A DNA stretch of 60,686 bases, filler included, from Basidiobolus ranarum (Eukaryota), in assembly GCA_040143965.1 (NCBI GenBank). It is 8 parts of 8 records of this genome, joined end to end, with 100 filler letters (N's around TTAATTAATTAA, not from the genome) between each part and the next. Parts side by side here need not be neighbours in the genome. Positions count along the whole stretch, not along the records: positions 22,842 to 30,339 come from JASJQH010001111.1; positions 30,440 to 37,932 come from JASJQH010001112.1; 6 more parts are not named here. One strand, given 5' to 3'. A program made the translations under genes and the position numbers. Positions within the stretch are counted from its first letter, which is position 1. Every line of letters begins with the position of its first letter. Positions 24,264-36,900 of this stretch are shown in pieces. The notes under the pieces were generated by a model, which was not told the origin of the DNA, searched no databases, and saw nothing but the letters and a program-made list of their open reading frames with translations.

Positions 24264-25959
24264 TTAGTTTTGGTTAGAGGGATAACTCCAGCCTTCGATG
24301 GGGATGAAGTTTTCCTTGATAGAGCGAGGAGAAACGAAGCGGTACAAAAGATTGATAGAACCAGCCTTGTCGTTGGTACCAGAGGCTCTGGAACCACCAA
24401 ATGGTTGCTGACCAACAACGGCACCAGTACATTTATCGTTGATGTAGAAGTTACCAGCGGCGTTACGAAGGATACGAGTAGCGGTAATAACAGCTTGACG
24501 ATCACGAGCAAAAATAGCACCAGTTAAACCATATGCATTGGTGGTGTTGATGAGCTCAAGGGTTTGTTCGTACTCATCAGCAGGATAGACATAGATAGTG
24601 AGGACAGGGCCGAAGATCTCTTCAACCATGGTCTTGGACTTGGGGTCCTTGGTTACGAGGACAGTGGGTTGGATGAAGTAACCTTCGGAGTCATCATAAG
24701 TACCACCGGCGATGATTTCAGTAACATCAGAGGTCTTGGCCCAGTCAATGAAAGACTTAATTTTGTCAAAGGCGACTTGGTTGATGACAGAAGTCATGAA
24801 GTGAGAGAATTCATCAACAGGTCCAACAGTGATCTTCGCATGTTCTTCAAGAAGGGTCTTCTTGAATTCAGGCCAGAGGTTATCAGGGACGTAGACACGG
24901 GATAAAGCAGAGCACTTCTGTCCTTGGTACTCGAAAGCAGCGCGGATAGATTGGTGAACTGTGGTGGTTGGTTCAGCAGACTTGTGGATCATGTGGAAAT
25001 TTTTACCACCAGTCTCTCCGACAATACGAGGATAGGATTTGTAGATATCCAAGTTGTTACCGATTTGCTTCCACAATTGCTTGAAAACGTGAGTGGAACC
25101 AGTGAAATGTAAACTGGCAAAGTCGGGATGCTTCAATACTTGAGCAACAACTTCAGGGGCGGGTCCGGGGATGAATTGGATAACACCATCGGGGAGACCA
25201 GCTTCACGAAGAATCTCAAAGATGATGTAGTTGGAGTAAACAGCAGCGGGAGCTGGCTTCCAAACAACAACGTTACCCATCAAAGCAGGGGCACAAACCA
25301 AGTTACCACCAATGGCAGTGAAGTTGAATGGAGATACAGCGAAGACGAAACCCTCTAAAGCGCGATATTCGGAGCGATTCCAAACACCAGCAGAGTTCTT
25401 GGGAGGTTGTTGTTTGTAGAGTTCTTCAGCATACTGGCAGTTGAATCTCAAGAAATCAGCTAACTCACAGGCGGAGTCGATCTCGGCTTGCCAAGCATTT
25501 TTACCTTGACCTAACATAGTGGCAGCGTTAATCTTGTATCTGTACTTAGTAACGAGTAAATCGGCAGCCTTCAAGAAGATAGCGATTCTGTCGTTGAATG
25601 GGAAAGCTTCCCAAGCTTCCTTGACGGCCAAAGCACCATCAATAGCCTGATATGAATGTTAGATGAGGAACAATAGTAGTAATGTCAGAAAGTGGAGAAC
25701 CAACCTTAGCGACAGTTTCAGAGTCAGCGTTGTGATAGGTACATAAGACCTTCTTGTGGTCACATGAGATGGCTTGTTGCTCGATAGATTGGGACTTGAT
25801 TTCCTGCCCATTGACGAAGCAAGGTACCTCAAAAGGAGCTTGCTCTCTCATTTCTTTAAGAGCAGCTTGCAACTTGGAACGTTCCTCTGAGCCAGGAGCA
25901 TATTGCTTCATGGGCTCGTTATCAATAGCGGGGATCTTAAAAGTAGCAAGTTGAGCCAT
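24264..25959 (-). CDS. PUT2: Delta-1-pyrroline-5-carboxylate dehydrogenase (ALDH4); intron 25647-25704
   Basis: Motifs ATMLGQGKNAWQAEIDS, SPFNFTAIGGN, FTGST, GETGGKNFH, FEYQGQKCSA (catalytic Cys), EEIFGP and QQPFGGSRASGTNDKAGS. Confidence 0.96.
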
Positions 25960-27703
25960 TGTATGATTACTATTAAAGAGAGCAGATAAGAATATGCAAC
26001 TTTATCGTTAACCAATGTGGCAATCAGTCCCGAATTTATAGGAGTTGATACAGGTACTCCCAGTACCAACCCCTGTGGAAAATTCACTGTTATGCGCAGT
26101 TCCACCAAGGAAATCGGGATTTAGATAGCATTCCAAGCAGAAACAAGATGATTGTCAATATTTAGTGTTTCACTCTGGATAATATAATGATATATAAGTG
26201 TAAATCAAATATATAGAAAGGGAAAAGTGGATGTTTCAACCTATCACTCAGATGAACGATGGAGTAATGCGCAGTTGATTCGCAAGTGGTGACTTTTAGG
26301 TAACCATGATTATAGCTATAAGCAGCAGGTAGTTTCAATTATTGGTTTATAAGCTATCATGGCAACTAACCCATGATTTTCATTGATCCCAACTAACCCA
26401 TGGTTTTCATTAAGCTTAGTCTCCATTCCCAATCTATACTAAAACTGCTTAGAATTAAAACTCGCTATATATGGAACAATTGAATAATTATTTTCACAGT
26501 CTTTTGACACTTGGACGCTACTTTCGGATTGTTGAGTAACAGCTGTGTCATGAGTCATGTTCACGAGATCCCACACCAGTGGGGTTTGACATTCGCAATC
26601 ACCAAGTATTTGAAGGGTGGATCTTGATTATCAGTAGCTCGATTTGACCCACGTAACCCTAACCCACTATGAGAATGCACAACAAAAAGAGATCAAGGCG
26701 TGGGACAATAATTCATCCAGTAAACGTCATCGAGGATTCCCATCCGCCTCCTGAAAAAAAGCCATATTAAGGATGTCGAATGAGGGGATAAAGAATTCTC
26801 TTTACCTCCAATGATATCTATCTACTTAGTGTTCAACCACGAATCATATTCTGGCAAATATTTGACAAGCCACTGAAACAGATAACATATATGGATCTAG
26901 GATTGATAGAACCGGAAATAATTTCTTAATTTTTATGAGTCAAAATATCTCTTTTAAATACGATGCTGTCAAGGCATTCCTGGTAAACATTACATACAAG
27001 TGCTATATATTTTGTGTAGCAAGAGGCTTCAGTAACATTAAATAGCATGGTTTATACGTGGCAAGAGGTTTTCATCAATTTTAGCTTCAGGACCCTTCGA
27101 TATTTAGCTTACCATGAAACAATTCAACAGACATGGTTGTACCTGATTTCTGAGCTCTGCAGTAAGAATTCTCAGCTTAATTACTATCTTTAGTTTGGCC
27201 CTGTAATTGCTGGTTTTTCATGGAACCAGTCTTGGTGGAAGCACTTTTGATCAATTGACAAACGCTACTAGCTGACTTCCATTTAACTTCCAATTCTACT
27301 CAAGTTAAAGATAGTAGTATCTGGTTTCATTTTCATTGTATAGTAATCCATATAAAGTAAAAATACGATTCTACTTTTTATGTGAGTTGAGGTTGAATGC
27401 CTCTATATAGATCGTTTGAGTTATTAGTATATATGAAATAAACTCATTCTTTGTTTGCAAATTGAAGCTGCTCCATTAATCCATTTGCCACATAGGGCTT
27501 GTTTGTGCATGAGTTTTTGATCGTAACGTATCAATATGCTTGAAACCTCATATGATATGCTACATATCATTTATACAAGTCATCAAACTGATATTGGTTG
27601 AAAATATGAGATGACTTTATTAACATATTGAATTGATTCACTCATGAATTATTGAGTGGATTGGAAAATCAAATGTACATGGATAGAAATTCAAGAAATG
27701 CAC

Positions 27704-29935
27704 TTAATGTTGATACACATTGTTGTTGGCGGGATGTGAGGTGTTAGTGGGATTATAAGCCTTGGATCCCCATTTAGGGTCGACTTGTTGTGTGGGATGG
27801 AGGGGGTCGGTTGTTTGATGCTCGACACCTTGATTGCGTTGGGCATTGGCAAGAGCTTGTTCAGTGGCTATCGCTAGTTGATTGTCAATGTTGGTCATCA
27901 TCTCGGTGAGCTTCTCTGGGACTACTTGCTCAATCACCTTCTTCACACGTGAGTTGATGATGGGCGAGAGAAGCTTGTAGGTGGTGTCATGCTTGGAGCC
28001 ATGGATCTTGAGCTTGAGGTCGTTGACGCGAGTGTTGCATTCAAGTACCTTAAAGACGTGTGCTTTACCAGTGGCTGGGTTGGTGTCCACAGTCATGTCA
28101 AGCTCAATGCCATCCTCAGGCATGTCCAAATCGATATATCCAACATCCGAGAGCTTGGGGAAGGTCTTCTTCTTGTAGTAGAAGGCAATGTTCTTGGCTC
28201 GGACTTGCACATGTGTGAACTTGATGAACGCCTTGTTGTGGACATTCTGTTTCGCTTGAGGATTGGTGTCGACAACAGTATCAGTCTTCAGGTGGACAAA
28301 GTTGGGGGCAATGTTGCCACACTCAATGACCACATTGTCCAACACCATGTCCATCTTCTCATCCGACTGCTCAATACGAGGAAGGGGGAGATACTCTAGC
28401 TTTTGAGCAATGATTGGGATCAACTTGGCAAAGTCCTTGACCAAGTCATACTTGACCGTGGGGTTACCGTTCTCATCTAGGAATAGACTTTGAGTAAGGG
28501 ACTCAAGATCATTGGCAAAACGCTGGGTGGTACGATCGGATTGGATGGCTCTGTTGAACTCGGATACCTCGCGGCTGATCTGTTCGAATTGTCCCCGGTA
28601 CTTTCCTTCAGTAATGTTGTGAGCACGCTCAATCAAACGGTTTGCATCATCAGTGTATCCTGGACGGTCAACATACTCATACTCTCGGATTGAGCGAAGA
28701 ATGAAGGTTTTCACATCCTCAATGTACTGACTGAGCTCTCGGTCATTCTCTAGACGTACAGAGAGCTCTCTGAATGAGTTCAAGAGTGGGTCAAGTGACT
28801 TGTTCCCAGCGAAGCTCTCGACAAGATCCTTGGCATTTGCTTGGGCAACCTCCAAATCATCAGCTCCCACTTCCTGTTTGGCATTCGCTGTATCTTGTAA
28901 TTTATCGGAAGCGTTCAAGCCGTGTCTCTTGAGGCGAGAGAGAACTTCGATGAGCTCGTCCACTGCTGACTGGAACTCGGGGTTCCCTTGAACCTCGCGA
29001 AGCACCGCCTTCAATCTGTTGATCAGATGATCACGTTGCTCAGGACTAAGCTCAACATTGGCAAGCTTCTGTTCAATGCCAGCTTGCATGTCCTTAGCCG
29101 CTCCGGTGACAGCATCGGTGGCAGAGATGTTCCCTTGCTCAGCCTGCTGGACATGTGGTCTAGCAGTTTCCTTGGCTAGGAAATAGGCAGGTGCAGCGGT
29201 ATCTCTGACTGTGGATTGAACTGTGTTCGCCGCTTCTCTAGGCTCCATCTCTTGTCCGCGTGCATTTGCTTGATACGGATCGGGCTGAGTATGAGGGTAA
29301 GTGGATTGTCCGGTGACCGGGTCTACCGTGGTATTTCCTTGCTGACCAGGATGTCCGGGGACGTTGGTCTGCACCACCTCCTGGAAGATGTTGGTCACAT
29401 CATTGATGAGACGACGGAATTGTGATGAAGTGACGAGTAACCAGGCTACTCTTGAGATCCGGTCAGCTCCCTCACCGGCCAAGTCTCTTGCCTCTTCTGC
29501 GCGGCCTGCAAGTTCACTACGAGTCTGTTGTAGGTCATTCCCTCCGCTCATTGTTTGCCCAGCTTGGCCGCTATGATAAATGGCATTTTGTAGTTGATTG
29601 TTGCTATTCTTCTCGGCTAGCATGGTCTGAGTGGATTCCACAAGACGCTCAGTGTCAGCCATCACTCTCTTGCCAGCGGGAGACATGTTGTTGGCAGCAT
29701 TGTGGAGAGAGTTATCCTCGGTGAGTTTATTCAGGCCTTGGTTGATTTGACTTGTTGTGGGTAGTTTTCCTTCCTGTAGGGCACCTCCAATCTGTTGTAA
29801 GTGATCCCTTGTTTGAAGCACTTGTTCTTGCTTTGTACCAGCCTTAGGTGGTAGGGTTTCGCCTGGTACACCAACCTTGGTGTTTTCATTTACATTGACT
29901 GAGTGGTCGTTACGGTTAGTGTTGTTAGTATTCAT
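27704..29935 (-). CDS. Uncharacterised fungal protein of the DUF5923/DUF4449 (HAM1-like) type, intronless
   Basis: 743-aa ORF. Includes GKLPTTSQIN, NMSPAGKRVMADT, EKNSNNQLQNAIYH, LLVTSSQFRRLIND and a beta-rich C-terminus (LPLPRIE, IAFYYKKKTFPKLSDVG, HGSKHDTTYKLLSP). Family is recalled from motifs, not searched. Confidence 0.75.
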   Translation of the reverse strand: MNTNNTNRNDHSVNVNENTKVGVPGETLPPKAGTKQEQVLQTRDHLQQIGGALQEGKLPTTSQINQGLNKLTEDNSLHNAANNMSPAGKRVMADTERLVESTQTMLAEKNSNNQLQNAIYHSGQAGQTMSGGNDLQQTRSELAGRAEEARDLAGEGADRISRVAWLLVTSSQFRRLINDVTNIFQEVVQTNVPGHPGQQGNTTVDPVTGQSTYPHTQPDPYQANARGQEMEPREAANTVQSTVRDTAAPAYFLAKETARPHVQQAEQGNISATDAVTGAAKDMQAGIEQKLANVELSPEQRDHLINRLKAVLREVQGNPEFQSAVDELIEVLSRLKRHGLNASDKLQDTANAKQEVGADDLEVAQANAKDLVESFAGNKSLDPLLNSFRELSVRLENDRELSQYIEDVKTFILRSIREYEYVDRPGYTDDANRLIERAHNITEGKYRGQFEQISREVSEFNRAIQSDRTTQRFANDLESLTQSLFLDENGNPTVKYDLVKDFAKLIPIIAQKLEYLPLPRIEQSDEKMDMVLDNVVIECGNIAPNFVHLKTDTVVDTNPQAKQNVHNKAFIKFTHVQVRAKNIAFYYKKKTFPKLSDVGYIDLDMPEDGIELDMTVDTNPATGKAHVFKVLECNTRVNDLKLKIHGSKHDTTYKLLSPIINSRVKKVIEQVVPEKLTEMMTNIDNQLAIATEQALANAQRNQGVEHQTTDPLHPTQQVDPKWGSKAYNPTNTSHPANNNVYQH

Positions 29936-30339
29936 ATTGATGCTTGTATTGGTAAAGAAAGTTTTGTTAACTTACGAAACAACATCGAGTTTATAAAGAA
30001 ATTATTATTGCCATTTAGGTAATTTGAATGATTGCCATGACGTTGTAGCTTATCATCCCAAGAGTGACGTTGCTCTGCCATGAACTAACGATGATAAATA
30101 AATCATTTCTAATATGGTAATCCAAGTAGTCAGATAATGAAATCCGTTGTTTCCAACACCTTTTTAGTGAGATTTAGTGAGATATACTTTCTAAACAGTC
30201 TACCATTGATGTACTGATTTTGTTAATGTAATTTTTTGCACCTGAAAATCAATTGTTAATTTTCTATATCATACTTTTCGGGATTCAAACCAACTTACAC
30301 TCAAATAAGGTATACAAGTAACATTTAGTCTATGACTCA

Positions 30340-30439
30340 NNNNNNNNNNNNNNNNNNNNNNNNNNNNNNNNNNNNNNNNNNNNTTAATTAATTAANNNNN
30401 NNNNNNNNNNNNNNNNNNNNNNNNNNNNNNNNNNNNNNN
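30340..30439. other. Artificial contig linker
   Basis: N44-TTAATTAATTAA-N44. Confidence 0.99.
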
Positions 30440-31291
30440 GCCACATTATCTCGGTGGACGAGGGAACGTTCAGCATAACAGTTGGAGCATCGCCAAGGAC
30501 GCTGACTCGCAATCAGCTTCAAGCGCGTTTGTGTAAATCAGATCCGCGGGGCCGCAGTTCCTGGATTTTGTATCCTCAGGCACCTGTGATAAGTGGAAGG
30601 AATTCTTGGTCATAGGTTGACTGAGACAAGTTGCTATTTATTGTTGAGCGAGTGGAACATGTCTTGCACCGCTTCCTCAACTGAGCCTGAATTCAAGCAC
30701 AACCTCAGTGCACGTCCAACTCTGATCATCCATCGTCGCTGCATATGCACACTATTGGCTGAGAAATCTATTGAGCAACCAAAGAGTTACTCTAACGTTT
30801 CGAGTGCAGTTGTGATTGGTTGCCTACCGAGTAAGGTCCGAAATGATTTTCATGTTCACAAGATCGACATAGTTTTATTAGCCAAATCAAGGGCTTTCGA
30901 CTCAGTTCTCGGATACTCATCTCTTCTGCCTGTCATGGTCAGCAATTGTTCCCTGCAGAGTGGAGAGGATTTGGGGATTTGGATGTGGAGAATAGACTTG
31001 GTGGGATTCAGGTTAATTTGGCTTGCATATCCTGCCACTCTAAAACATCCGTCCACGAGCCCACAAACAATAAGATTATCAAAGCACGCTGCATAGCCAC
31101 TCTAGGGCTCGTGGTGTCTTGGTCGATTTCCAAGGATCACGTGGCTTGGGATGAGAAAAGACACGTTGTTGGAGATGATGTATGTACAGCCACAGTACAG
31201 CCACTTGCATATGGAATGATGCCTATATATCACTGGCACAATGCACTTGTATTTACTGAACCGTGACGCGATACCCATTCGCAAAGAAACT

Positions 31292-33347
31292 ATGAGACTC
31301 ACATATCTTTCATCCATCTTTGGTCTTTGGCTGCTATTAGGTTTCTCCGCTTTCTCACAGGAACAAGCTGAAACTAAATCCTCATCAAATGGGCCGAGTG
31401 AATTAGATGACGGATCTGTGCAATCTACCGAGGGCTCAGCCCTCACTGGAGTTACTGAGGATTCTTCTGACTCTTTGGCTGATATTGATATCGTTGAAAA
31501 TCCCTCCGATGCTCTTCCTCAACCCACTGGTGATAATAGTGGTGTCACTCTTACCGAAGCTCAGCAAGCCAATCTTAGAGTAGACTGTGGAGTCCTTCAG
31601 ACTATATTTACCACCATGAATGGTGCGAACTGGGTGAAGAAAGATGACTGGGGATCAGTGAATACTTTGAACTGCTGTAATTGGTATGGTATCTCCTGTA
31701 ATAATGGTGGGAGAGTCAAAGGGATTCGACTTTCAGCAAATGGTATTTCAGGACCCATTCCTCCGGAAATCGGTCTACTTTCTGGCTTGCTTACTCTGTC
31801 AGTTGGCGGCTATTTACTGTTGTATTCAAGAATATATTCTAAACATGATCTATTCACAGGGATCTTAGCAGAAACCAAATATCTGGACAACTCCCTGACT
31901 CTCTCAGAATGCTGACTGCATTGCTCTCTTTGTAGGTTCTTATCAAGCAACACTTCAATCAATGATAACACTAACTCGATCTATATCAGAAATCTTGATG
32001 GGAACAATCTGGGCGGGGCAATTGGCGACTCGCTGGGGGGAATGATTAACTTACAAAACTTGTGAGTGTCATACTTTTGACTCACTATTAAACCAAACTA
32101 ATGGAGAATCTCTAGGCATCTAAGAAACAACTCCTTTACCAGTGTTCCAGAATCTCTCAGCCGTCTGATTGCTCTCAGAGGACTGTAAGTTCCTTCAGAT
32201 TTGCTATCAACACAAGCATAATTTAATCCAATCTATGTGACAGCTTCTTGAGTAACAACCAGCTTTCTGGAGTTATTCCATCGGGCATCTTTAAAATGAC
32301 GAATGTTGAGATTCTGTATGTACCTAAGGATTCACAAAATTTGAAGGAGAATTTTCTAACTTGTGATGTAGAGCTCTCGATTATAACCAACTCACAGGAA
32401 ATATACCCGACGATATTGGAAATATGGTCAAGTTAAATCACTTGTAATTCGTTGTCTATTACTATTCTCATTATGAAATATTGACCTACCTATTGGTTAG
32501 ATACTTGAAGCATAACATGTTGGACGGGTCTTTACCCGAAGGCTTATCAAGATGTACTGAACTTCGTACAATGTAAGAATGAACATGTGACCCATCCATC
32601 TCATTTCCAATCTGATCTGCCCCGCACTAGGTCACTAAGTTACAACAAGATTCAGGGGAACATCCCTACATCATACACCACCAGTCTAACCAATTTGATT
32701 ACTCTGTAAGTAGAGCGTCAACCTATCTAATCACCCTAACCCTAACGAATATTCTAGCGACATGTCACACAATGGGCTAATCGGGACTATTCCCAGTAAC
32801 ATTGGAAATTTGAAGACCCTTGAGAGATTGTAAGTGGCACTCTACCTGATCTCCCCTACTAAACGCACCATTAAATGGCTATGAGGTAGATATCTTTCCC
32901 AGAACCAGCTGGTGGGCCCAGTTCCCAACTCATTGGGAGACTTGGAGCGACTTCAACGCTTGTAAGTACCAATCATATCCACCCTGGGATCGAGGTTGAC
33001 TAAACAATCTACAATACAGGGCTTTACACCTGAATTCTCTGAACAATCTATTTCCAGATATTCCATCCCCGAAGAACCTGACTTTCTGTAGGGTGCAACC
33101 AAATCCTTTTAATGGATGTCCCCCTAATGATCGAATCAGAGATCGTGGCACCATGGCATTTCAGTGTCACCTGGATTGCTCTCGTAAGTCTCTACTAAGC
33201 ATTCACTAAGCCTCTTCCCAGCACTTACTAACCCCATCCATGCTAGCAAAATCAATCAATGCCATGGCTGCTTCTGGCTCCACTATAGCTGCCAACATCC
33301 CATTCATTGCACTGTCAATGCTCTGCCTGTGGACCAGAGTGGAATGA
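31292..33347 (+). CDS. Secreted, probably GPI-anchored leucine-rich-repeat protein, 12 exons
   Basis: Exons 31292-31797, 31860-31931, 31990-32061, 32116-32184, 32244-32315, 32372-32443, 32501-32572, 32631-32705, 32758-32829, 32890-32961, 33020-33183 and 33247-33347. Signal peptide, N-cap CCNWYGISC, plant-type LxLxxNxLxGxIP repeats, Cys C-cap and hydrophobic tail. Confidence 0.88.
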
Positions 33348-33976
33348 GCGCACTCTTTACAATAATCATCATATATCCGATTGTATACATTAAGCCCATG
33401 ATGTGATTCGCTGGATTCATCCAAGAGTTTATGTAAATAAAGATAGAGTAGCAACATTTGTAAATATATCCCAAAGCTCACGAAAGGTAACCAATCAGAA
33501 TCATGGAATCCCCCAAAATTCATCCATCAAATAGCTGAATCCAGTGGCAACCCCCTTTCGTTCATGGCCTAAAGAGTGGAAAAAAAGAAAAAAAGAAGGA
33601 AATGCATTGGTGAATCAAAGAGAGGTATTCAATCGGGAACCACTTACATAATCCCTGCAATGGACTATTTTGTATTACAAACTTAGCAACCACTTAAGAA
33701 TATATTGGAAATTCACTTTAAGCTAGTCATCTCCGCTTTTTCTTCGTGGTATATTCCATCTCACCTCTTACTTCCCCTCTCCTTTCTACCTTCGCCTACT
33801 CACTGTTTACTTTTAACTTTTTACATAGTTCCATTTTATTCTTTACTCTTTGTATACTTTGCAACCGGCTTGCCAATTTTCACCAAGACTAGTCATAGTC
33901 CCCTTCCCGCTTTTAACACTGCATACTTCATCCTGACCTCTCTCAAACCACCTATCTTCTCATATATTAAACAATA

Positions 33977-36900
33977 ATGTCCGATTTTTCTTCACATCAG
34001 TTCGAACCAACCTCACTTGAAAATAGCTCGGATAATTTTGAGGAGCTTTGGGAGTCCAATAAGTTTCCAAACAAAGCCAGTTTACCTTTCAACTTTGAAA
34101 CTTTACACCCAGATGACGCCAAGGATAAAGTCTTTGCCGCTATATTAAAGGCTTTGGTAGAGTTGGGAAATAAACCTAGTTCACCAAAAGAACTCGCTAA
34201 CTGTATAATGAAACATAAATTCACTTTACTGGGGTAAGTTATAGAAGAATTTTTGAACCTATGGACCCCCCCGCTCTCCCCTTTCCTCAGCGTTTATCTG
34301 GTGAATAATTTTAGTTATTACACTAGAGACGCATTAAGAATGAACCGGGCAATCTTTTTTTCCGTAGACTACGTATATACTTGTTTACTAACTACTTATC
34401 AAATAGTGGGGCCACACCGTATGCTACCGTTTCCTCACGTATTTCACAACACTTTAAACGAGCTATTGAACACAAACCTCCCAGAGCCCCACTACTAGCA
34501 CGTTCCGTAGACGAAAAACACTCCAGAAAAATCCATTATTATATTGCTACTGCTGGGGTAAAAATGGACGGCAACCATTTCCCTCGTACACCCTCACCCC
34601 CACCACCACAACCATTAAAACCACCGAAAGGGACCATTAATGTAGAAAGGGGTTATCCAAAACTAAAAATTCGATTGAAAAAACGTAAGAGTAATATAAA
34701 AGGAACTCACGTGTTCAAGAGATATAAAACGATGTTATCCGGGTCTAAACCTGGTATGGGAAAGGGAAAAGGAAAATGGGCTCCACATACTGAGCGTCGA
34801 AGTTTTAATAGTATATATATTACGGATAGTTCTGGTAGTGGAAGTGACGCTGATATTGATGAATTCGGCCTAGAATCTGAGCAAGAGGTTGCCCATGGTG
34901 CTGTCGGCAGCTGTCCTACGATAGAAAGCAATCACATACATTTCCACGGTGAACATTCCCCCTCGCACGATCCCATTTTAGATACCACCTCATTCGAGCC
35001 TTCGGAAGCAAACAGGCCGCCCACAAATTTGCCTATGGACGGGGAATATAGTGATTATTTCGAGGAGATGATGAATGGCGATCTAAGCATCGAGAACTAC
35101 GATGTTGGCTCTCCTTTAGCCAAACAAGAACCAAGCGCATCCTCCTCACCACCATGTCAAAGAGCGTCATCTAATTCAATAAACAGCCCAATTTATGAGC
35201 ATCCTACATCAGCCTCTTCCACGGTGACTCCTGAGCCTACTATACGCAAAAGAAATGGAATGGAGCCAGAGGCAGTCCTTCTAACACCCGGCACTTCATC
35301 ACTTTTCGAGCGAGAGTTTGATTCACATCTTATACCCAACTTTGACGATGAGTTCAATGAGGATTCCGCATTAGCCACTAAGGATTCTCCGTATATTCCC
35401 CTAATGGAATTAAATAACCCGGAAATGATGCCCGTATCAGAGTTAGATGAGCTATTAAATGGCTCTCCGCGTACACACAAGCGACCGTTCGGGATCAACC
35501 GGTCAACAAGATCACTACGTTCTCAGGTTATCCATGATATCTCTCTGAACTCCCGATCAGCTGCTCAACGAGTTTCCTTTCATAATTTCAAACAACATGA
35601 GGACCATGATCATATGGTGCCTTCACGTGAAGATGAAATCACTGAAGCTGACGTTGGAACGTTTAGCTCTAAAATTGATATTTCTCCGATGGAGGTGGAC
35701 ACCAGGTATGAAAGGATCTCAGAGATCAGACCCAGCTCAGTCACCGTCCAAGATCACCAGGAGAAGTCCGTGGAGGGTCTCACTATGGATGGCATTGAAC
35801 ATTTCAGTGAATCATCACTTGATGGCAAAACCCCCATGGTGGTAACCAAGGTATATTCCAACATCAAGGTGTACGAGACCGTGCTTCCCGATACACAATT
35901 CAGGTTGATGCGGTTTCATTCCAATGTCTCGCTGCACGGGGACAGCTCTCCAGAGAACGAGAACAAAAAACGGGGGATCATGTTGGAAGAGAATCGTCAC
36001 ATGGATTTCTGCAATGCCAGTCTATTAAGGAAGGCCGCACAGTCCTATGTGAACCATGGCAAATCCGAAAGTAAAGATGAGTACACTAGATTTGTAGTGA
36101 TACGAAATGGACCTGCGGAGTGTCGTGGAGTATGGTAGGATGGTTTGAAAGTAGCACTTATCGTAAGCAGACACTCATGTTCTTGTGATTTAATAGGGTT
36201 TCCTTGGATCGGGCACGCCATTTAGTTGAGGAGTATGGGATACAAGATGTGCCGCATATTCAACAGCTGCTAAGCGATGATCCCTTGGGTAAACAACTCG
36301 GTATGCCCCCTCTTTCCATAACCTCCTTTGTTTGGGAGATCTCTAGTTCTAAATTTGAAATTTTTTAGGATCCCATTACGACCCAGTAGAAATGGATAAA
36401 CAGCTAGTGGAGTTAAGTGGCATACTAGGAAGTGCCGTGGCCGAATACAATCTCTCTCAGAAAACCAACCAAAGCGAAGATATATCCTACCCCACGGATA
36501 TTAGTGATGCTCCAATGATATTAGACCCTCAGTCCAAAGGAACCGAATTGGTTGATTCTTCTATTGACAGCTGCGTTGATGATATAGATCCAAATGCATA
36601 TATTAGCCTGGATCAAGACGATGAGGAATCGTCGATGCCAGATAGTCAGCATGGATCTTGCGAAAATGATCCATCACGTTCGACGCCACGTTCTCCAGAT
36701 GGAAGCGAGGACTTGATAGATGCTAGACTGGTGAGGGATAAAAAATCCTTTATCCCTACACAGACTCCCACCACACCTGCCATCTATTTGACGGTTATCG
36801 AATCTGTCCCTGTTTATGTCACTTATTTGTCCAATGGACCCGACAGTCATGAAGCCATCCAGTTAATGCGTCGTTTCGATACAGGTTACGTTAATGGGAC

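Noticed and set aside
24251-29724. Many antisense/overlapping ORFs within PUT2 and the 743-aa gene (also within PTR2)
   Set aside because: Shadow ORFs caused by strong codon bias of the real genes.
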